The notes below the pieces were generated by a model. The model saw only the letters and a program-made list of their open reading frames with translations. It was not told the DNA's origin and made no database searches. 49,728 nucleotides of DNA from a virus (taxonomy: Duplodnaviria; Caudoviricetes), in IMG/VR virus record IMGVR_UViG_3300031228_000008, positions 1 through 49,728 of that record; one strand, 5' to 3'. Every line of letters begins with the position of its first letter. Positions within the stretch are counted from its first letter, which is position 1. Shown one piece after another: positions 1 to 9,927 of this stretch. The position numbers were made by a program, and so were the translations under genes.

Positions 1-541
1 GGTGGGGGGGGGGGGGGGGCTTCGGGGCCGGCGATCCGGCGGCGGACAGGAAGGCCCGGAGGTTGGCGGCGTACTGGGCCGCCTGGGCCGGCGTCCCCAT
101 GAACTCGAAGTGCATGGGGTCGGGCTTCGAGACGTACCGGCCACCCCACCGGAAGCCGTGGCCCTCCCAGAGTTCGACCGCCTTCTGGGGGATGTCGCAC
201 ACGATCGCGAGGCCGAAGGGGCGGGTCCCTCTCGCGTTCCGTCGATGCCAGGCGGCGGAGGCGTAGGGGTTGGAGGGGGCGTTGACGTCGACCGCCAGGC
301 CCCAGGAGTGGTTGGACGGGGTTGAGGTCCCGGAGATGGCGCGGCAGGCGGCCCCCCAGGACTGGCCGGCCTTGATGTCGTAGCCGGTCCCGGCCTCGGT
401 CAGGTCGACCATGAGGCCGACCAGATCGGCCACGCCCCGATGGACGGGGAGTCGGAGGTCATCGGCCCGGGTGAGGGTGACGAAGTTCGACCATTGACAG
501 TTGGGCCAACCGGGTCCCCACCCGCGGGAGGCGGCGGTCAT
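1..541 (-). CDS. Endolysin, N-terminal part: M15-family Zn peptidase (continues at 49264-49728)
   Basis: Manual translation from ATG 541: MTAASRGWGPGWPNC...SNHSWGLAVDVN...FRWGGRY..KPDPMHFE. SxHxxGxAxD and HFE are M15 motifs. Not in the ORF track because it spans the junction. Confidence 0.88.
   Translation of the reverse strand, partial: MTAASRGWGPGWPNCQWSNFVTLTRADDLRLPVHRGVADLVGLMVDLTEAGTGYDIKAGQSWGAACRAISGTSTPSNHSWGLAVDVNAPSNPYASAAWHRRNARGTRPFGLAIVCDIPQKAVELWEGHGFRWGGRYVSKPDPMHFEFMGTPAQAAQYAANLRAFLSAAGSPAPKPPPPPH
14..139. repeat. Terminal direct repeat, left copy (circular overlap)
   Basis: Identical to 49603-49728. The first 13 nt are a poly-G-distorted version of the preceding sequence. 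Confidence 0.95.
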
Positions 542-693
542 GACTGGCCCCAGGTCTCGGCCTCGTCGAGGGGAGGGAGATCCGGCGGGTCCTCGTCAGG
601 TTGAGCGTGGTGGTCTTCGGGCGGGGAGTCGACCTCGGGGTCTGCTTCCTCCACGGTCCAGCGCGACTCGGGAAGGTCGTCCGTCTCGGACAT
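538..693 (-). CDS. Small acidic Pro-rich protein (51 aa)
   Basis: AGGAGG RBS; MSETDDLPESRW...; ATGA overlap with the endolysin start. Confidence 0.65.
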   Translation of the reverse strand: MSETDDLPESRWTVEEADPEVDSPPEDHHAQPDEDPPDLPPLDEAETWGQS

Positions 694-748
694 GGTGGGT
701 CCTCCTGGGGGTTGGGTTCCCTCGGAAGGGTACCAACCGCGGTGGACG

Positions 749-1339
749 TCAGAACTGGACGGTGTCCGCGGAGATGAACTGAACGGACAGGGTGGGCGGC
801 GGGGTGGCCCCGGTGGGCTTGACGTGGCCGGAGTTCTGGAGGACGCGGAGGTAGAGCTTGTCGCCCTGGAGGAGAAGCCTGTTTATCGACGAGGCCAGGT
901 GGACGTCGACCGACCCCATGTTGTTACCGGCGATCGGGCCGGCGGAGCATGGGGTATCCGTGCGGTCGTTGACACAGATGTCGGCATAGCGCGCCCCTCC
1001 GCGTTGGCCAGAGTTGTCCTCGTTCGTCGAGACCTGGAAGCCGATGATGAAGACCCCCTCGGTCTCGATCCGTAGGGCCTCGGGTTCACCTGCATCCCAC
1101 GAGGCGATAGCGGCCCCGTCCGGGGTCCGGTATCCCCCGTCGAAGGTGATGTATTGCTCCAACGTCGCGTCGGAGGAGGAGACGAGGTTCTGGGCCGTGG
1201 ACCGTTCGAGGACGAAGGAATCGAGGCGGGTGGCCTTGTTCTTCTGGAGGCGTTGGAGGCGACGTTCGAGGAGGTCGATCCGGCGGAGGGCGTCCTTCAT
1301 GGACCCCTGGATGGTCGGGTGGATGAGGCCGTTGGACAT
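749..1339 (-). CDS. Minor tail protein (N-terminal coiled coil plus beta-rich domain)
   Basis: Last gene of the tail module; abuts the upstream tail gene. Confidence 0.55.
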   Translation of the reverse strand: MSNGLIHPTIQGSMKDALRRIDLLERRLQRLQKNKATRLDSFVLERSTAQNLVSSSDATLEQYITFDGGYRTPDGAAIASWDAGEPEALRIETEGVFIIGFQVSTNEDNSGQRGGARYADICVNDRTDTPCSAGPIAGNNMGSVDVHLASSINRLLLQGDKLYLRVLQNSGHVKPTGATPPPTLSVQFISADTVQF

Positions 1340-3193
1340 CTAGTCGGCTCCGTAGAACAGGTTGACGACCACGGACATCTTGTCGCTACTGGGGTTGAGG
1401 ATTGTCCGGACGACGCGATACCAGGCCTCGACCTGGACATACCCGCGGTCAATCCGGACCCGGACCCGGTCCCCGGTACGGAGCATCCCCGCGAGGGTCG
1501 TGTCTTTCAACATGAGTTCGAGGATCACGGGGTTCTTGATGATCTCCAGGCGGGCGGCCGCACGATCGTCGAGAGACGAGATGTCCGCCCCCTCGGTGGC
1601 CACGTAGACCTCCTCCAAGGAGACGCCCTCCAGGGCGTCGAGGTCGGTGGCTACGCCCTCCTCTCGGATCGACCCTTGGCCCGATCCGAGGGTTATGACC
1701 TGGTTCGAGGCCACGGCCCCGTCGAAGGCCCAGTTGAAGTCCTCGACGTTCTTGCCGTACTCCAGGACCAGATCCAGATGGTCGACCCCCTTCATGGGGT
1801 AGTGGGTCGTGAACGTCCGCCTGGACGGGGTGATCTCCACCGAATAGTCGAGACCGTCGCTCATGTCGGTCAGGTCATCCAAGGCCCCCTTCCCGTTCTC
1901 GTGTTCGGCGTGGAGGTACACGCGGTCCCGGATGACCCCGGTCGGCGGGCATGACGTCCCGATGTTGAGGTCGGTCTTGTCGTAGTCGGGGTCCTGGAGA
2001 TGTTCGACAACCCCCTCCGCGATCTGGGCTTGGTCGACCCCGTAGAACCTGGTCGCCTCGTCGAGAACCAGGCCGGCCCGGTCCCAGTAGATCGCCCCGT
2101 TCGGACAGGCCAGGGTCACCTGGACGAACTCGGCCTCACCAGTGGGTGGAGCTTCCATGGTGGCCTCCATCTTGACCCAGGTGTCTCGCGGGGTGTTCTC
2201 GTCGAGGGTGACCGTTACCGTCTCGATGGGGGCAGGGTAGTTCGTTGTCGGACCGCCCCCCTCGGGGGTGATCGCCACCGACTTCGTGGTGGAGAACCGA
2301 CCGAGTTCGAGGCCCATCTTCTGGAGGTTCGGGCCGCGCCACTTGGCGGAGGGGATGAAGCAGTACGCCACCGCGGACCAGACGTCCCCCTCCGGGGTGG
2401 CCACGGGATCGACCTGCCAGACGAAGCTATGGGCGGCGGCCACCCCGTACTTCGGCGTCGTCGATGAGGTCTGCTCCACGTAGAGGGATCGCCGGCCGGT
2501 CATCGCCCGAGCCTGGGAGATCCGCCAGAGGAAGTTGGTGTAGGTCTTGTTGGCCAACGGTTCCCACGGAGCGAAGTAGCCGATGCGCCATCCACCGGGG
2601 CCGTCCTCGAAGTCCCCGTTCGGGAGGTAGTTGGTCCGGTCCGCCTTCCCGAAGTGTCGACGGGAGAACCACCACTCCAGGCCGGCCCCGGTGAAGGCGA
2701 GACTCCGGGAGTTGGCCTGGGGTCGGAAGACTGGCCCCCACTTCAAGATCGTGTCACCCTTCCAGACCTGGACCTCGCGCATCGGTGGCAGGCGGGGGGC
2801 CTTCGGGTCGAGGACGGGCAGGCCGAACTCGATCGCCCCCTCCCCGTTGAGGTCATCGACGACAGACGTGATCTTGGCGTTGTCGATCTCGGCCAGGCGC
2901 GCCCCGTCTTGATCGACGGACACGAGACACCACTGGTCTCCGATGATCCGCGTGGTGAAGCCGATGCGGCCCCTGGACCGGAACTCGACCGACGCGTAGG
3001 AGATGTCGATGGTGGCGGTGGGGTCGAGGTCCACGGTCGCCTCGAAGGAGACCGAGGCCGGGAACTCGTCGGACGCCGCGGCGTCGAGGGGGGCGGAGCC
3101 GGAGAGGGAGACGGAAGCCTCGACGTCTTCCCCCGGAAGAACGCCCTCTCCTCCGTAGGCCTCGGAGCCGTAGGACCCAGATCCGAAGCTCAT
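1340..3193 (-). CDS. Minor tail/baseplate hub protein (ReqiPepy6 Gp37-like) with inserted carbohydrate-binding-like domain
   Basis: DLNGEGAIEF N-region; LEYGKNV...ASNQVITLGSG...GDRVRV C-region; central NYLPNGDFED module. Confidence 0.7.
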   Translation of the reverse strand: MSFGSGSYGSEAYGGEGVLPGEDVEASVSLSGSAPLDAAASDEFPASVSFEATVDLDPTATIDISYASVEFRSRGRIGFTTRIIGDQWCLVSVDQDGARLAEIDNAKITSVVDDLNGEGAIEFGLPVLDPKAPRLPPMREVQVWKGDTILKWGPVFRPQANSRSLAFTGAGLEWWFSRRHFGKADRTNYLPNGDFEDGPGGWRIGYFAPWEPLANKTYTNFLWRISQARAMTGRRSLYVEQTSSTTPKYGVAAAHSFVWQVDPVATPEGDVWSAVAYCFIPSAKWRGPNLQKMGLELGRFSTTKSVAITPEGGGPTTNYPAPIETVTVTLDENTPRDTWVKMEATMEAPPTGEAEFVQVTLACPNGAIYWDRAGLVLDEATRFYGVDQAQIAEGVVEHLQDPDYDKTDLNIGTSCPPTGVIRDRVYLHAEHENGKGALDDLTDMSDGLDYSVEITPSRRTFTTHYPMKGVDHLDLVLEYGKNVEDFNWAFDGAVASNQVITLGSGQGSIREEGVATDLDALEGVSLEEVYVATEGADISSLDDRAAARLEIIKNPVILELMLKDTTLAGMLRTGDRVRVRIDRGYVQVEAWYRVVRTILNPSSDKMSVVVNLFYGAD

Positions 3194-4525
3194 CTATCCG
3201 CCCCCCTTGAAGGTCTCCTCCAGGAGGCCTCCAGGTCCGCGCATGACGGCCTCGCCACCATCGGCGTCGACCAGATAGATCGGTTCCCCGGCGGTCACGG
3301 TGAAGTCTGTTCCGAACAGGACCGTGTGTGCGCCGGTCGTCGAGTCCACCAGTACCGCCTGCCACCGGACCGCCATCGAGCCGCCGGTGTCGACGATCCG
3401 AAGTCGGCCGTACCGACCACGCCCGCCGGAGGGTCCGGCATTCCATCCGACTCCCCGGTAGTTCGACCCCCTATCGAGGGACGCCCCCTGGAATACGTGG
3501 ATGCGCCCGGAGCCTCCGACTCCGGCAGGGTCGGCGTTCAGCTTGTAGGCGCATGAGTGCATGTCCCCGGACAGGATGATGACCTGGGGGACGTTCTCGT
3601 CCGCCATGAACTGGGCGATCTCGGCCCTCTCGGTGGAGAACTCCCCCCAATGGTCGAGGTCTCCCCCGAGGCTAGTTTCAACCCCAGTTTCGGCGGGCCA
3701 GACCTGGGTGTTCAACCAGACGATCATCTTGTACCCGGCATCGCGGGCCGTGGTGAGTTGGTTCTTGAACCAAGCCTTCTGGGTCGCCCCCATCATCGTC
3801 TTCGAGGCGTCATCCGTGTCCTCATTGGGGGACCGGAAGGATCGGAGGTCGGTGGCGATGACCCATACGCGTCCGAGGGGGAAGGCTTGCCAGATTCCGG
3901 TGGTCTCGGGCAGAGACAGATGGGGGACCATCTTGCGATACGCGCTGTTTGCAACCGCGACCGTGACGTCCTCCCCGTCCGAGTTGTCGGGGCCGAAGTC
4001 GTGGTCGTCCCAGAGGTAGACCCAGGGCATGGATCGGGACATGGCGGCCATCTTGGCCGACGCCATGTTGCCCTCGTACCCGGCGACGAACAAGGCTTCG
4101 TTGGCGGTCGAGATGTCGCGGTATTGGAGGTCCCCAAGGTGGGCGAAGACGTCGGGGTTGTGGACCCGGATGTTGTCCCAGATCGCGTGAGTCGACCCTT
4201 CGTCGTTGCATGACCCATGATCGAGGACGACAGAGGTCGGTTCCAGCGGGGTTGGGAGCGTGCGGAAGGTCCCGGTCACTCCAGAGTCCAAGACGGAGTC
4301 GATCTCGACCTGGCACCAGTATCGCTTCCGGGCGTCGAGGCCGGAGATCGACAGGCGGACGTAGTCGTCCGCGTCGGGACTGGCGGCGTCGGAGAAGACG
4401 GGGGACGCCATGTCAATCCGGTCGGACACGGCCAGGCGACAGGAGGTCGCGGTGTCGGACAGGGCGGCCACGACCGAGACGCCCGAGGGGGCGGGGCCTC
4501 CGATCCAGACCCAGGAGACGGCCAC
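3194..4525 (-). CDS. PhoD-like (alkaline phosphatase D) metallophosphoesterase with N-terminal Fn3-like domain
   Basis: Motifs GSC, HLGDLQY.D, WDDHD, DLRSFRS, MMGATQKAW, ILSGDMH. Confidence 0.88.
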   Translation of the reverse strand: MAVSWVWIGGPAPSGVSVVAALSDTATSCRLAVSDRIDMASPVFSDAASPDADDYVRLSISGLDARKRYWCQVEIDSVLDSGVTGTFRTLPTPLEPTSVVLDHGSCNDEGSTHAIWDNIRVHNPDVFAHLGDLQYRDISTANEALFVAGYEGNMASAKMAAMSRSMPWVYLWDDHDFGPDNSDGEDVTVAVANSAYRKMVPHLSLPETTGIWQAFPLGRVWVIATDLRSFRSPNEDTDDASKTMMGATQKAWFKNQLTTARDAGYKMIVWLNTQVWPAETGVETSLGGDLDHWGEFSTERAEIAQFMADENVPQVIILSGDMHSCAYKLNADPAGVGGSGRIHVFQGASLDRGSNYRGVGWNAGPSGGRGRYGRLRIVDTGGSMAVRWQAVLVDSTTGAHTVLFGTDFTVTAGEPIYLVDADGGEAVMRGPGGLLEETFKGGG

Positions 4526-4528
4526 CGG

Positions 4529-5686
4529 TCAGGCCAGTCCGTACTTGACGGCCAGTCCGTCGATCACGCGTCCGAGGTCGAAGTCGGGGATGGCCGTGGA
4601 GTAGACCGCGATCTCCGCGATGTCGCCATCGAAGAACCGGAGGTTGGCCCCGGGGTTACGGCCGATGTTCCATGTCCGGTTGGCCACGTTGTAGCCGGCG
4701 GGACTGGCCGTGTTATCGACGACCGATCCGCGGAGGAGTTCGAGGAGGCTCCCGTTGTAGCGGAGGCCAACGATCTCGAAGTTGGTGGTATCCGGAACGG
4801 TCGTGCCGGCCACGGTCGTCCGGGTGCTCGTGTTCTGGACGGAAGCTCCCCACCGATCGTTGACGGTGTTAGCCCCTTCTGGGTCGATGCCGAACAGGAG
4901 GTCGTTCGAGAAGCCGGTGGCGTCCTGGGAGAGAACGGTCCTCTCTCCGGAGTAGGTGTCGGGCTTGACGACGGCGAGGATCGTGTATTCGGTGAGGGCG
5001 GCCCCCAGGCCGGCAAACTCCAGGTAGTCGTCCGTACCGTCGAATCGGACGACCGGGTGGCCGTTGACGACCGCGGTCTGGTACGTCGGGCGGTTGCCGG
5101 AGGTCGCCTGGGTGGCGTTGTTGCCGGTCGAGGCCGTCCAGGTGGCGACCGGGTCCCCTCCGGAGAGTCCACCGATGGCGTCGGCCTTCAACCACTGGGC
5201 GAGGGTTCCGACCGCGTCCGGGTCCACGGGGGGCGGGTCTCCGTAGACGCGCCACTCGTCGATCGCTTCCCAGTCCAACGGTTCGACGGGGCCGATGTAT
5301 CGGACCACGAGGGCTTCCGCTGGGCGGTCGGGGTAGGCCTCCTCCCCCTCGTCCCAGACCACGACCTGGAGGACGTCCCCGGAGATGGAGACGTCCGAGA
5401 AGTCGTCCGCGGTGGGTCCGTGTCGCCAGGGCGTCGTGGAGGCGTGCTCCAGGGCAACGGTTCCCTCCTGGCCTCGGAGGATCGTGGCCGTGTCCGCCGC
5501 GGCCGTGTGGGCCGTGACGTGGACGATCTCGGGCGTTCCGTCCGGGTCGAGGATGATGACCGCGATGTCGGGGTCCGCGATGGTCGGGAGGTCGGTGAGG
5601 CCCGATGACGTGAGGGTCGTGGCCGCGTCGGTGAGGGGGTTGTCCTCGACCGTGCCGGTCACGAAGTTGAGGCGGATGCGGGCCAT
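4529..5686 (-). CDS. Tail protein with LamG/concanavalin-A-like domain
   Basis: EIVHVTA...ILRGQEGT tail N-domain; VRFDGTDDYL...IGR...FFDGDIAEIAVY LamG signature. Confidence 0.8.
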   Translation of the reverse strand: MARIRLNFVTGTVEDNPLTDAATTLTSSGLTDLPTIADPDIAVIILDPDGTPEIVHVTAHTAAADTATILRGQEGTVALEHASTTPWRHGPTADDFSDVSISGDVLQVVVWDEGEEAYPDRPAEALVVRYIGPVEPLDWEAIDEWRVYGDPPPVDPDAVGTLAQWLKADAIGGLSGGDPVATWTASTGNNATQATSGNRPTYQTAVVNGHPVVRFDGTDDYLEFAGLGAALTEYTILAVVKPDTYSGERTVLSQDATGFSNDLLFGIDPEGANTVNDRWGASVQNTSTRTTVAGTTVPDTTNFEIVGLRYNGSLLELLRGSVVDNTASPAGYNVANRTWNIGRNPGANLRFFDGDIAEIAVYSTAIPDFDLGRVIDGLAVKYGLA

Positions 5687-5688
5687 GG

Positions 5689-6069
5689 TCAGGTGAAGAT
5701 GGCGTCGATGTCGCCGGCATTGAAGACGAGGTTGTCGCCGGCCGTGAGGGTCTTGGGGGCGGTCAGGGCGGCGTGGAGAAGCATGTTCCCCGAGGAGACT
5801 GCATCGAACAGGGCGGCGTGGGTGACCGTACCGGCGGGCATGTTCGTGAAGCGGACCTCGGCCGTCGACTCGGAGACCCCCGGCGTGGCCGGCGCGGTGA
5901 AGGAGACGACCTTGCGGACGTAGCTACCCCCGTCGACCTCGGTCCCTCCACCCGCGTCGGTCGTGGCGTCGGTGAACAGGGCCAGGTAGACCCCGGCGGG
6001 GGCGGTGAAGGCCGTGGCCCGGAGGACGAGGTTGAGGACCTTGTTCTCCAGGTAGTCGGTCATGGACAT
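5689..6069 (-). CDS. Small phage tail (fiber-associated) protein
   Basis: MTDYLENKVLN...YLALFT...EVDGGSY.R...THAALFDA..GNML pattern. Confidence 0.75.
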   Translation of the reverse strand: MSMTDYLENKVLNLVLRATAFTAPAGVYLALFTDATTDAGGGTEVDGGSYVRKVVSFTAPATPGVSESTAEVRFTNMPAGTVTHAALFDAVSSGNMLLHAALTAPKTLTAGDNLVFNAGDIDAIFT

Positions 6070-6082
6070 CGGCGTTCTCCTT

Positions 6083-6847
6083 CTATGCGCTTGCCCATCC
6101 GGATCGGTACTGGACCGAGAAGCTGGACGCCCCCGTCATGGTTAGGGAGTTCACCCCCGGTTGGAGTTGCCACCATTGGGGGGAAGGTTGGACCGTACCG
6201 TACTCGTCGGTCCCTCCCACGATGACGGACCGGGCCTTGAAGTCGACGGTGGCGTCACCCGGGAGGTCGACCAGGGTGACGTCTTCGCCGGTCTCCTCGT
6301 TCGTGAGGACGACGGTCGTCCCTGGACCGGTGACAACCACGGTTGGCCAGACCGGATAGTTGCCGGCGTTCTCGACGTCGAAGGTTCCCGAGTCCGTGAC
6401 GTCGGAGGCGTCGTCGTCGTAGGAGACGGGGTCGTGGCAGACGAACCGACCCGAGGCGCGTCCGGCCCCGATGAAGAAGTCCGCGTCCCACGGGAGGATG
6501 AGACCCCGAGGCCTCCCCAGGAATCGACGGTTGCGGCCCCATCGTCGGTAGGAGGCGACGACCACGTCTTCGCGGGCGTTCCTTGGTCGGAAGACCCCCG
6601 TCATCGCCTGGACGATCTCGTCGGAGTCCGGGTCGTCGGGGTCGAGATCGACGTCCCATTGGAAGACCAGTTCCCGGACGGACAGGAAGTCGGGACCGGC
6701 CAGGCCGCCATCCCCGTAGGCCGGGTCCGAGTCGAGGGTCTTGGAGTCAGGGACCCCGAGGCCTTGGACTGTGACAGTCCCGTAGGGGGTGCCGGGTCCG
6801 AACAAGACCCCACCGATCTCCCAATGTCCGTTCTCGGTGACGGCCAT
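6083..6847 (-). CDS. Distal tail protein (Dit)
   Basis: Directly downstream of the tape measure gene; NAGNYPVWP and WWQLQPGVN motifs; start re-called at ATG 6847. Confidence 0.75.
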   Translation of the reverse strand: MAVTENGHWEIGGVLFGPGTPYGTVTVQGLGVPDSKTLDSDPAYGDGGLAGPDFLSVRELVFQWDVDLDPDDPDSDEIVQAMTGVFRPRNAREDVVVASYRRWGRNRRFLGRPRGLILPWDADFFIGAGRASGRFVCHDPVSYDDDASDVTDSGTFDVENAGNYPVWPTVVVTGPGTTVVLTNEETGEDVTLVDLPGDATVDFKARSVIVGGTDEYGTVQPSPQWWQLQPGVNSLTMTGASSFSVQYRSGWASA

Positions 6848-6849
6848 GG

Positions 6850-9678
6850 TCAGACTCCCGCGGATTCGTAGTCGAGTGGTTGCCCTTGGGCGGACGCCCA
6901 ACCCCAGGCCAGGTCTCGACCCAACTGTTCCCCGGACCGGCGGTCGACGGTCTCGATCTTCGCTTGGAACAGATTGCCGGCCTGGCCGCCGGCCCCGTTC
7001 CCGGCGATCTGGCGGAGGAGGCGTTCCGTCCGGTTGGCGTTGAGGACCTGGGCGGACCCGGAGAAGCCTGGGTCGACCAGTTCGGTCCGGCCGCCCTCGC
7101 CCGCGATGAACGGTTGGCCGGCAACGGACCGGCCACCCAAGGCAAGCTCCCGGATCTTCGGCGTCCCGATCGTGAAGCCGGAGAACTTCGGGCCAGGACC
7201 GGGAGGGTCGAAGCCTGGGATCTTGAACTCCAGGCGGTTCCAACCCTGGATGATGAAGTTGACGGCGGACTTGAAAGCCTCGCGGAGACCGTTGAACGCG
7301 CCGGAGGCGGCGGACGAGATCCGACCGGGGAGCTTGGAGATGAAGCCCACCAGGTTCTCGATCGGGGTCACGACCCAGGTGTGGAGGAAGTTGCCGACCG
7401 GGCGGAAGACCTCCCCGAAGGTGGAGACGATCCCGCCCAGGAGGGAGGCGATGGTCGAGGCGGCGGCCCGGATGACCCCGAACATGGCGTCCCAGACTCC
7501 TCGGAGGATCGTGAGGACCCCATCCCAGGCCTTCCCCCAATCCCCGTTGATGACGGCCAGAACGGTCTGAATGATGCCGCGGATCACGTCGAGGGTCGCG
7601 TTGATGAACTCCTGGATGCCCTTGAAGATCGCCTGGACGATCGACCAGATGTCGTCCCCCCAAGCCCTCCAGAGGGCGGCCACTACGCCCAGGACCGTCT
7701 CGATGATCGTCCGGACGATGCCCATGACGACCTGGATGACCGCGACGACATGGCCCAGGGCCTCCTTCACGTCGGGCGCGATCTTCTGGAAGTAGGCGAT
7801 GAGCTTGCCCACGTTCTCGGCCACGGCGGACGCGAAGTTCACGAGGGCCGGGACGACGGTCCCCACGATGAAGGAGACGACCGAGTTGACGACGTTCCGG
7901 AAGGTCTCGATCTTCTGGTAGGCCAGGACGAAGGCCGCAACCGAGGTTGCGATGGGGGCGACCAGGCCGGCGATCACGACCCCCAGGCCGATGAGGATGG
8001 GCTTCGCGTTGTCCTTGATGAAGCCGGCAACCTTCTCCAGGATCGGGAGGACGTCGGTCTTGAAGACGTCGGCGGCCTTGAAGGCGGCGTCCCGGATCTT
8101 GAAGGCCCCGTCGATGACCGGGGAGTCTTCGGAGAGAGGGCCACCCTTGAAGTCCCCCTTGAACAGGACGTCGAACAACTGCTTCGCGATGGCGGCGGCC
8201 TCGAACGCGGCGTCCCGGAGCTTGAAGGCCTGGTCGACGATCTTGGAGTCCTCCGCCAGGGGACCGCCCTTGAAGTCGCCGCGGAACAGGATGTCGAACA
8301 ACTGCTTCGCCACGCCGGCCACGCTCTCCAGGACAGGCTTGACCTTGTCCCAGTTCTTGTAGATGAGGAACCCACCCGCGGCGACGGCGGCGATGATCGG
8401 GATGGCCGGCCCGAGACCGAGGATTCCCCCGGCGGCCATGAGGGCCTTGACCGCGGAGAAGGCCTGGGCGAGCTTCCCGAAGATGATGAGCATGGGGCCG
8501 GCGGCCGCGGTGACGGCCAGGGCGATGCCGGCCACCTTCTGCATCTCGGGTGACAGTTTCGAGAACCCATCCGCGATGATCTGGAGCTTGTCCGCGATCG
8601 CTCCGGCCACGGGGAGGAGGGCGTTGCCGATCGCGATGGAGATGTTCTGGAAGGTGACCTTCAACCGTTCCATCTTCCGGGAGTTGGACTTCTCCATCTC
8701 CGTGAAGGCGGTCTCCGTCGCCCCTGCCGCGTTGGCCTGACGCTCCATCTCGGAGGTCATCTTGTCGACCGAGGTCCCGGCGATGACGTTGGCGGCGGAC
8801 ACGGCCTCGACCGACCCCAGGAGTTCGGTGAGGGTGCCGTTGTTGCCCTGGGAGGCGTCCTTGACCACCCCGAGGGCGAAGGCCAAGCCCTTCTCCTCCA
8901 GGGCCGCCTGGGCCGAAGCGAAGCCCACCTTCTGGAAGGCCTTGTCCAGGTCCTCCGAGGGACGCTGGAGGCCGGTGAGGGCGGCCCGGAGTTGGGTCGT
9001 GGCCACGGCGGTCGGGGTACCGGAGGCGGTCAGGGTGGCGATCGCCGCGTTGACCTCCTGCATCGAGACCTTCGAGGCGGCGGCGGCGGGCGCGATGTTG
9101 AAGATGGAGGCGGACAGTTCCTCGAACGTGGTCTTGCCACCCTGGACCGCGGCGAACATCGAGTCCGCCACGCCCTCCGCATCGCTCATGTCGAGACCGA
9201 ACGCGTTGATGATCGACGTGAGGCCGTCGACCGCGGTGTTCACGTCGGTCACGCCGGCCACGGAGGCCTTCGAGGCGATCTGCATGAACTCGAAGGCGTT
9301 GTCCTTGGGGACGCCGGCAGAGATGGCGTTGTAGAGGCCCTGGGTCAGGACATCCTGGGCGATGCCCACGTCCGCGGAGAGGCCCTGGACGAGGTCCTGG
9401 AGTTCCCCGAAGTTCTGTTCCGCGGCCTTCCCGGTGAGGCCGAACAGGGTGTTCACTTCCCGTAGGCCGGTCTCGACCTGAGAGGCGGACTTCAACCCCG
9501 CCGCGCCGAAGGCGACGATGGGGACGGTGAGGCCCAGGGTCGCCTTCTTGCCGACCCCGACCATGGCCCCGCCCACGCGGTCGAGGCCGGACTTGACCTC
9601 GCCCTCCGCCCCCTTCGTGTCGGCGTCGAGGCGGATCTTCTGGACCAGGGTGGGCAGATTGAGCGCGCCGGTTGCCAT
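6850..9678 (-). CDS. Tape measure protein (TP901 family)
   Basis: 942 aa, Ala/Gly-rich; GLYNAISAG and GKTTFEEL core; Trp-spaced amphipathic repeats; AGEGGRTE C-terminus. Confidence 0.95.
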   Translation of the reverse strand: MATGALNLPTLVQKIRLDADTKGAEGEVKSGLDRVGGAMVGVGKKATLGLTVPIVAFGAAGLKSASQVETGLREVNTLFGLTGKAAEQNFGELQDLVQGLSADVGIAQDVLTQGLYNAISAGVPKDNAFEFMQIASKASVAGVTDVNTAVDGLTSIINAFGLDMSDAEGVADSMFAAVQGGKTTFEELSASIFNIAPAAAASKVSMQEVNAAIATLTASGTPTAVATTQLRAALTGLQRPSEDLDKAFQKVGFASAQAALEEKGLAFALGVVKDASQGNNGTLTELLGSVEAVSAANVIAGTSVDKMTSEMERQANAAGATETAFTEMEKSNSRKMERLKVTFQNISIAIGNALLPVAGAIADKLQIIADGFSKLSPEMQKVAGIALAVTAAAGPMLIIFGKLAQAFSAVKALMAAGGILGLGPAIPIIAAVAAGGFLIYKNWDKVKPVLESVAGVAKQLFDILFRGDFKGGPLAEDSKIVDQAFKLRDAAFEAAAIAKQLFDVLFKGDFKGGPLSEDSPVIDGAFKIRDAAFKAADVFKTDVLPILEKVAGFIKDNAKPILIGLGVVIAGLVAPIATSVAAFVLAYQKIETFRNVVNSVVSFIVGTVVPALVNFASAVAENVGKLIAYFQKIAPDVKEALGHVVAVIQVVMGIVRTIIETVLGVVAALWRAWGDDIWSIVQAIFKGIQEFINATLDVIRGIIQTVLAVINGDWGKAWDGVLTILRGVWDAMFGVIRAAASTIASLLGGIVSTFGEVFRPVGNFLHTWVVTPIENLVGFISKLPGRISSAASGAFNGLREAFKSAVNFIIQGWNRLEFKIPGFDPPGPGPKFSGFTIGTPKIRELALGGRSVAGQPFIAGEGGRTELVDPGFSGSAQVLNANRTERLLRQIAGNGAGGQAGNLFQAKIETVDRRSGEQLGRDLAWGWASAQGQPLDYESAGV

Positions 9679-9717
9679 CCCTATCGTCCCTCGTCCGGCG
9701 TCGTCACCCCCCGGATA

Positions 9718-9927
9718 CTACGGCGGGGGACGCTTCGGGACCCGGACTCCACGGTGGCGTCCGAAGATCGCGAGGGCGTCCTGGATGGTTCCCTTCTTCT
9801 TGATGAGGCCGTGGGCCTTCAAGGCGTGGATGATCTGGGCTGGGGAGGACTCCCAGAACTCCGCGATGGGGCGGCCGGCGGAGATCCAGGAGGCCAACCA
9901 GTTCGACCAGGGGAGCCGGTGGTCTAC
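9718..9927 (-). CDS. Tail assembly chaperone extension (gpT-like), -1 frame, no clear own start
   Basis: LPWSNW...IAEFWESSPAQI between the chaperone and tape measure genes. Confidence 0.6.
   Translation of the reverse strand, partial: VDHRLPWSNWLASWISAGRPIAEFWESSPAQIIHALKAHGLIKKKGTIQDALAIFGRHRGVRVPKRPPP

Noticed and set aside
1-139. Terminal repeat as a biological DTR; leading poly-G as a G-quadruplex
   Set aside because: The repeat cuts through the endolysin gene, as expected for an assembler circular overlap. The poly-G disagrees with the other copy (49590-49602) and looks like a read-end error.
6848-7663. N-terminal extension of the Dit ORF, and similar Arg/Pro-rich extensions of other ORFs (9718-10803, 39087-40814, 42824-44572)
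   Set aside because: They are off-frame overlaps with real genes; coupled downstream starts fit better.
8080-8320. Tandem ~120-bp repeat inside the tape measure gene
   Set aside because: It is an in-frame protein repeat (KQLFD.LF.GDFKGGPL.EDS), ordinary for tape measures.
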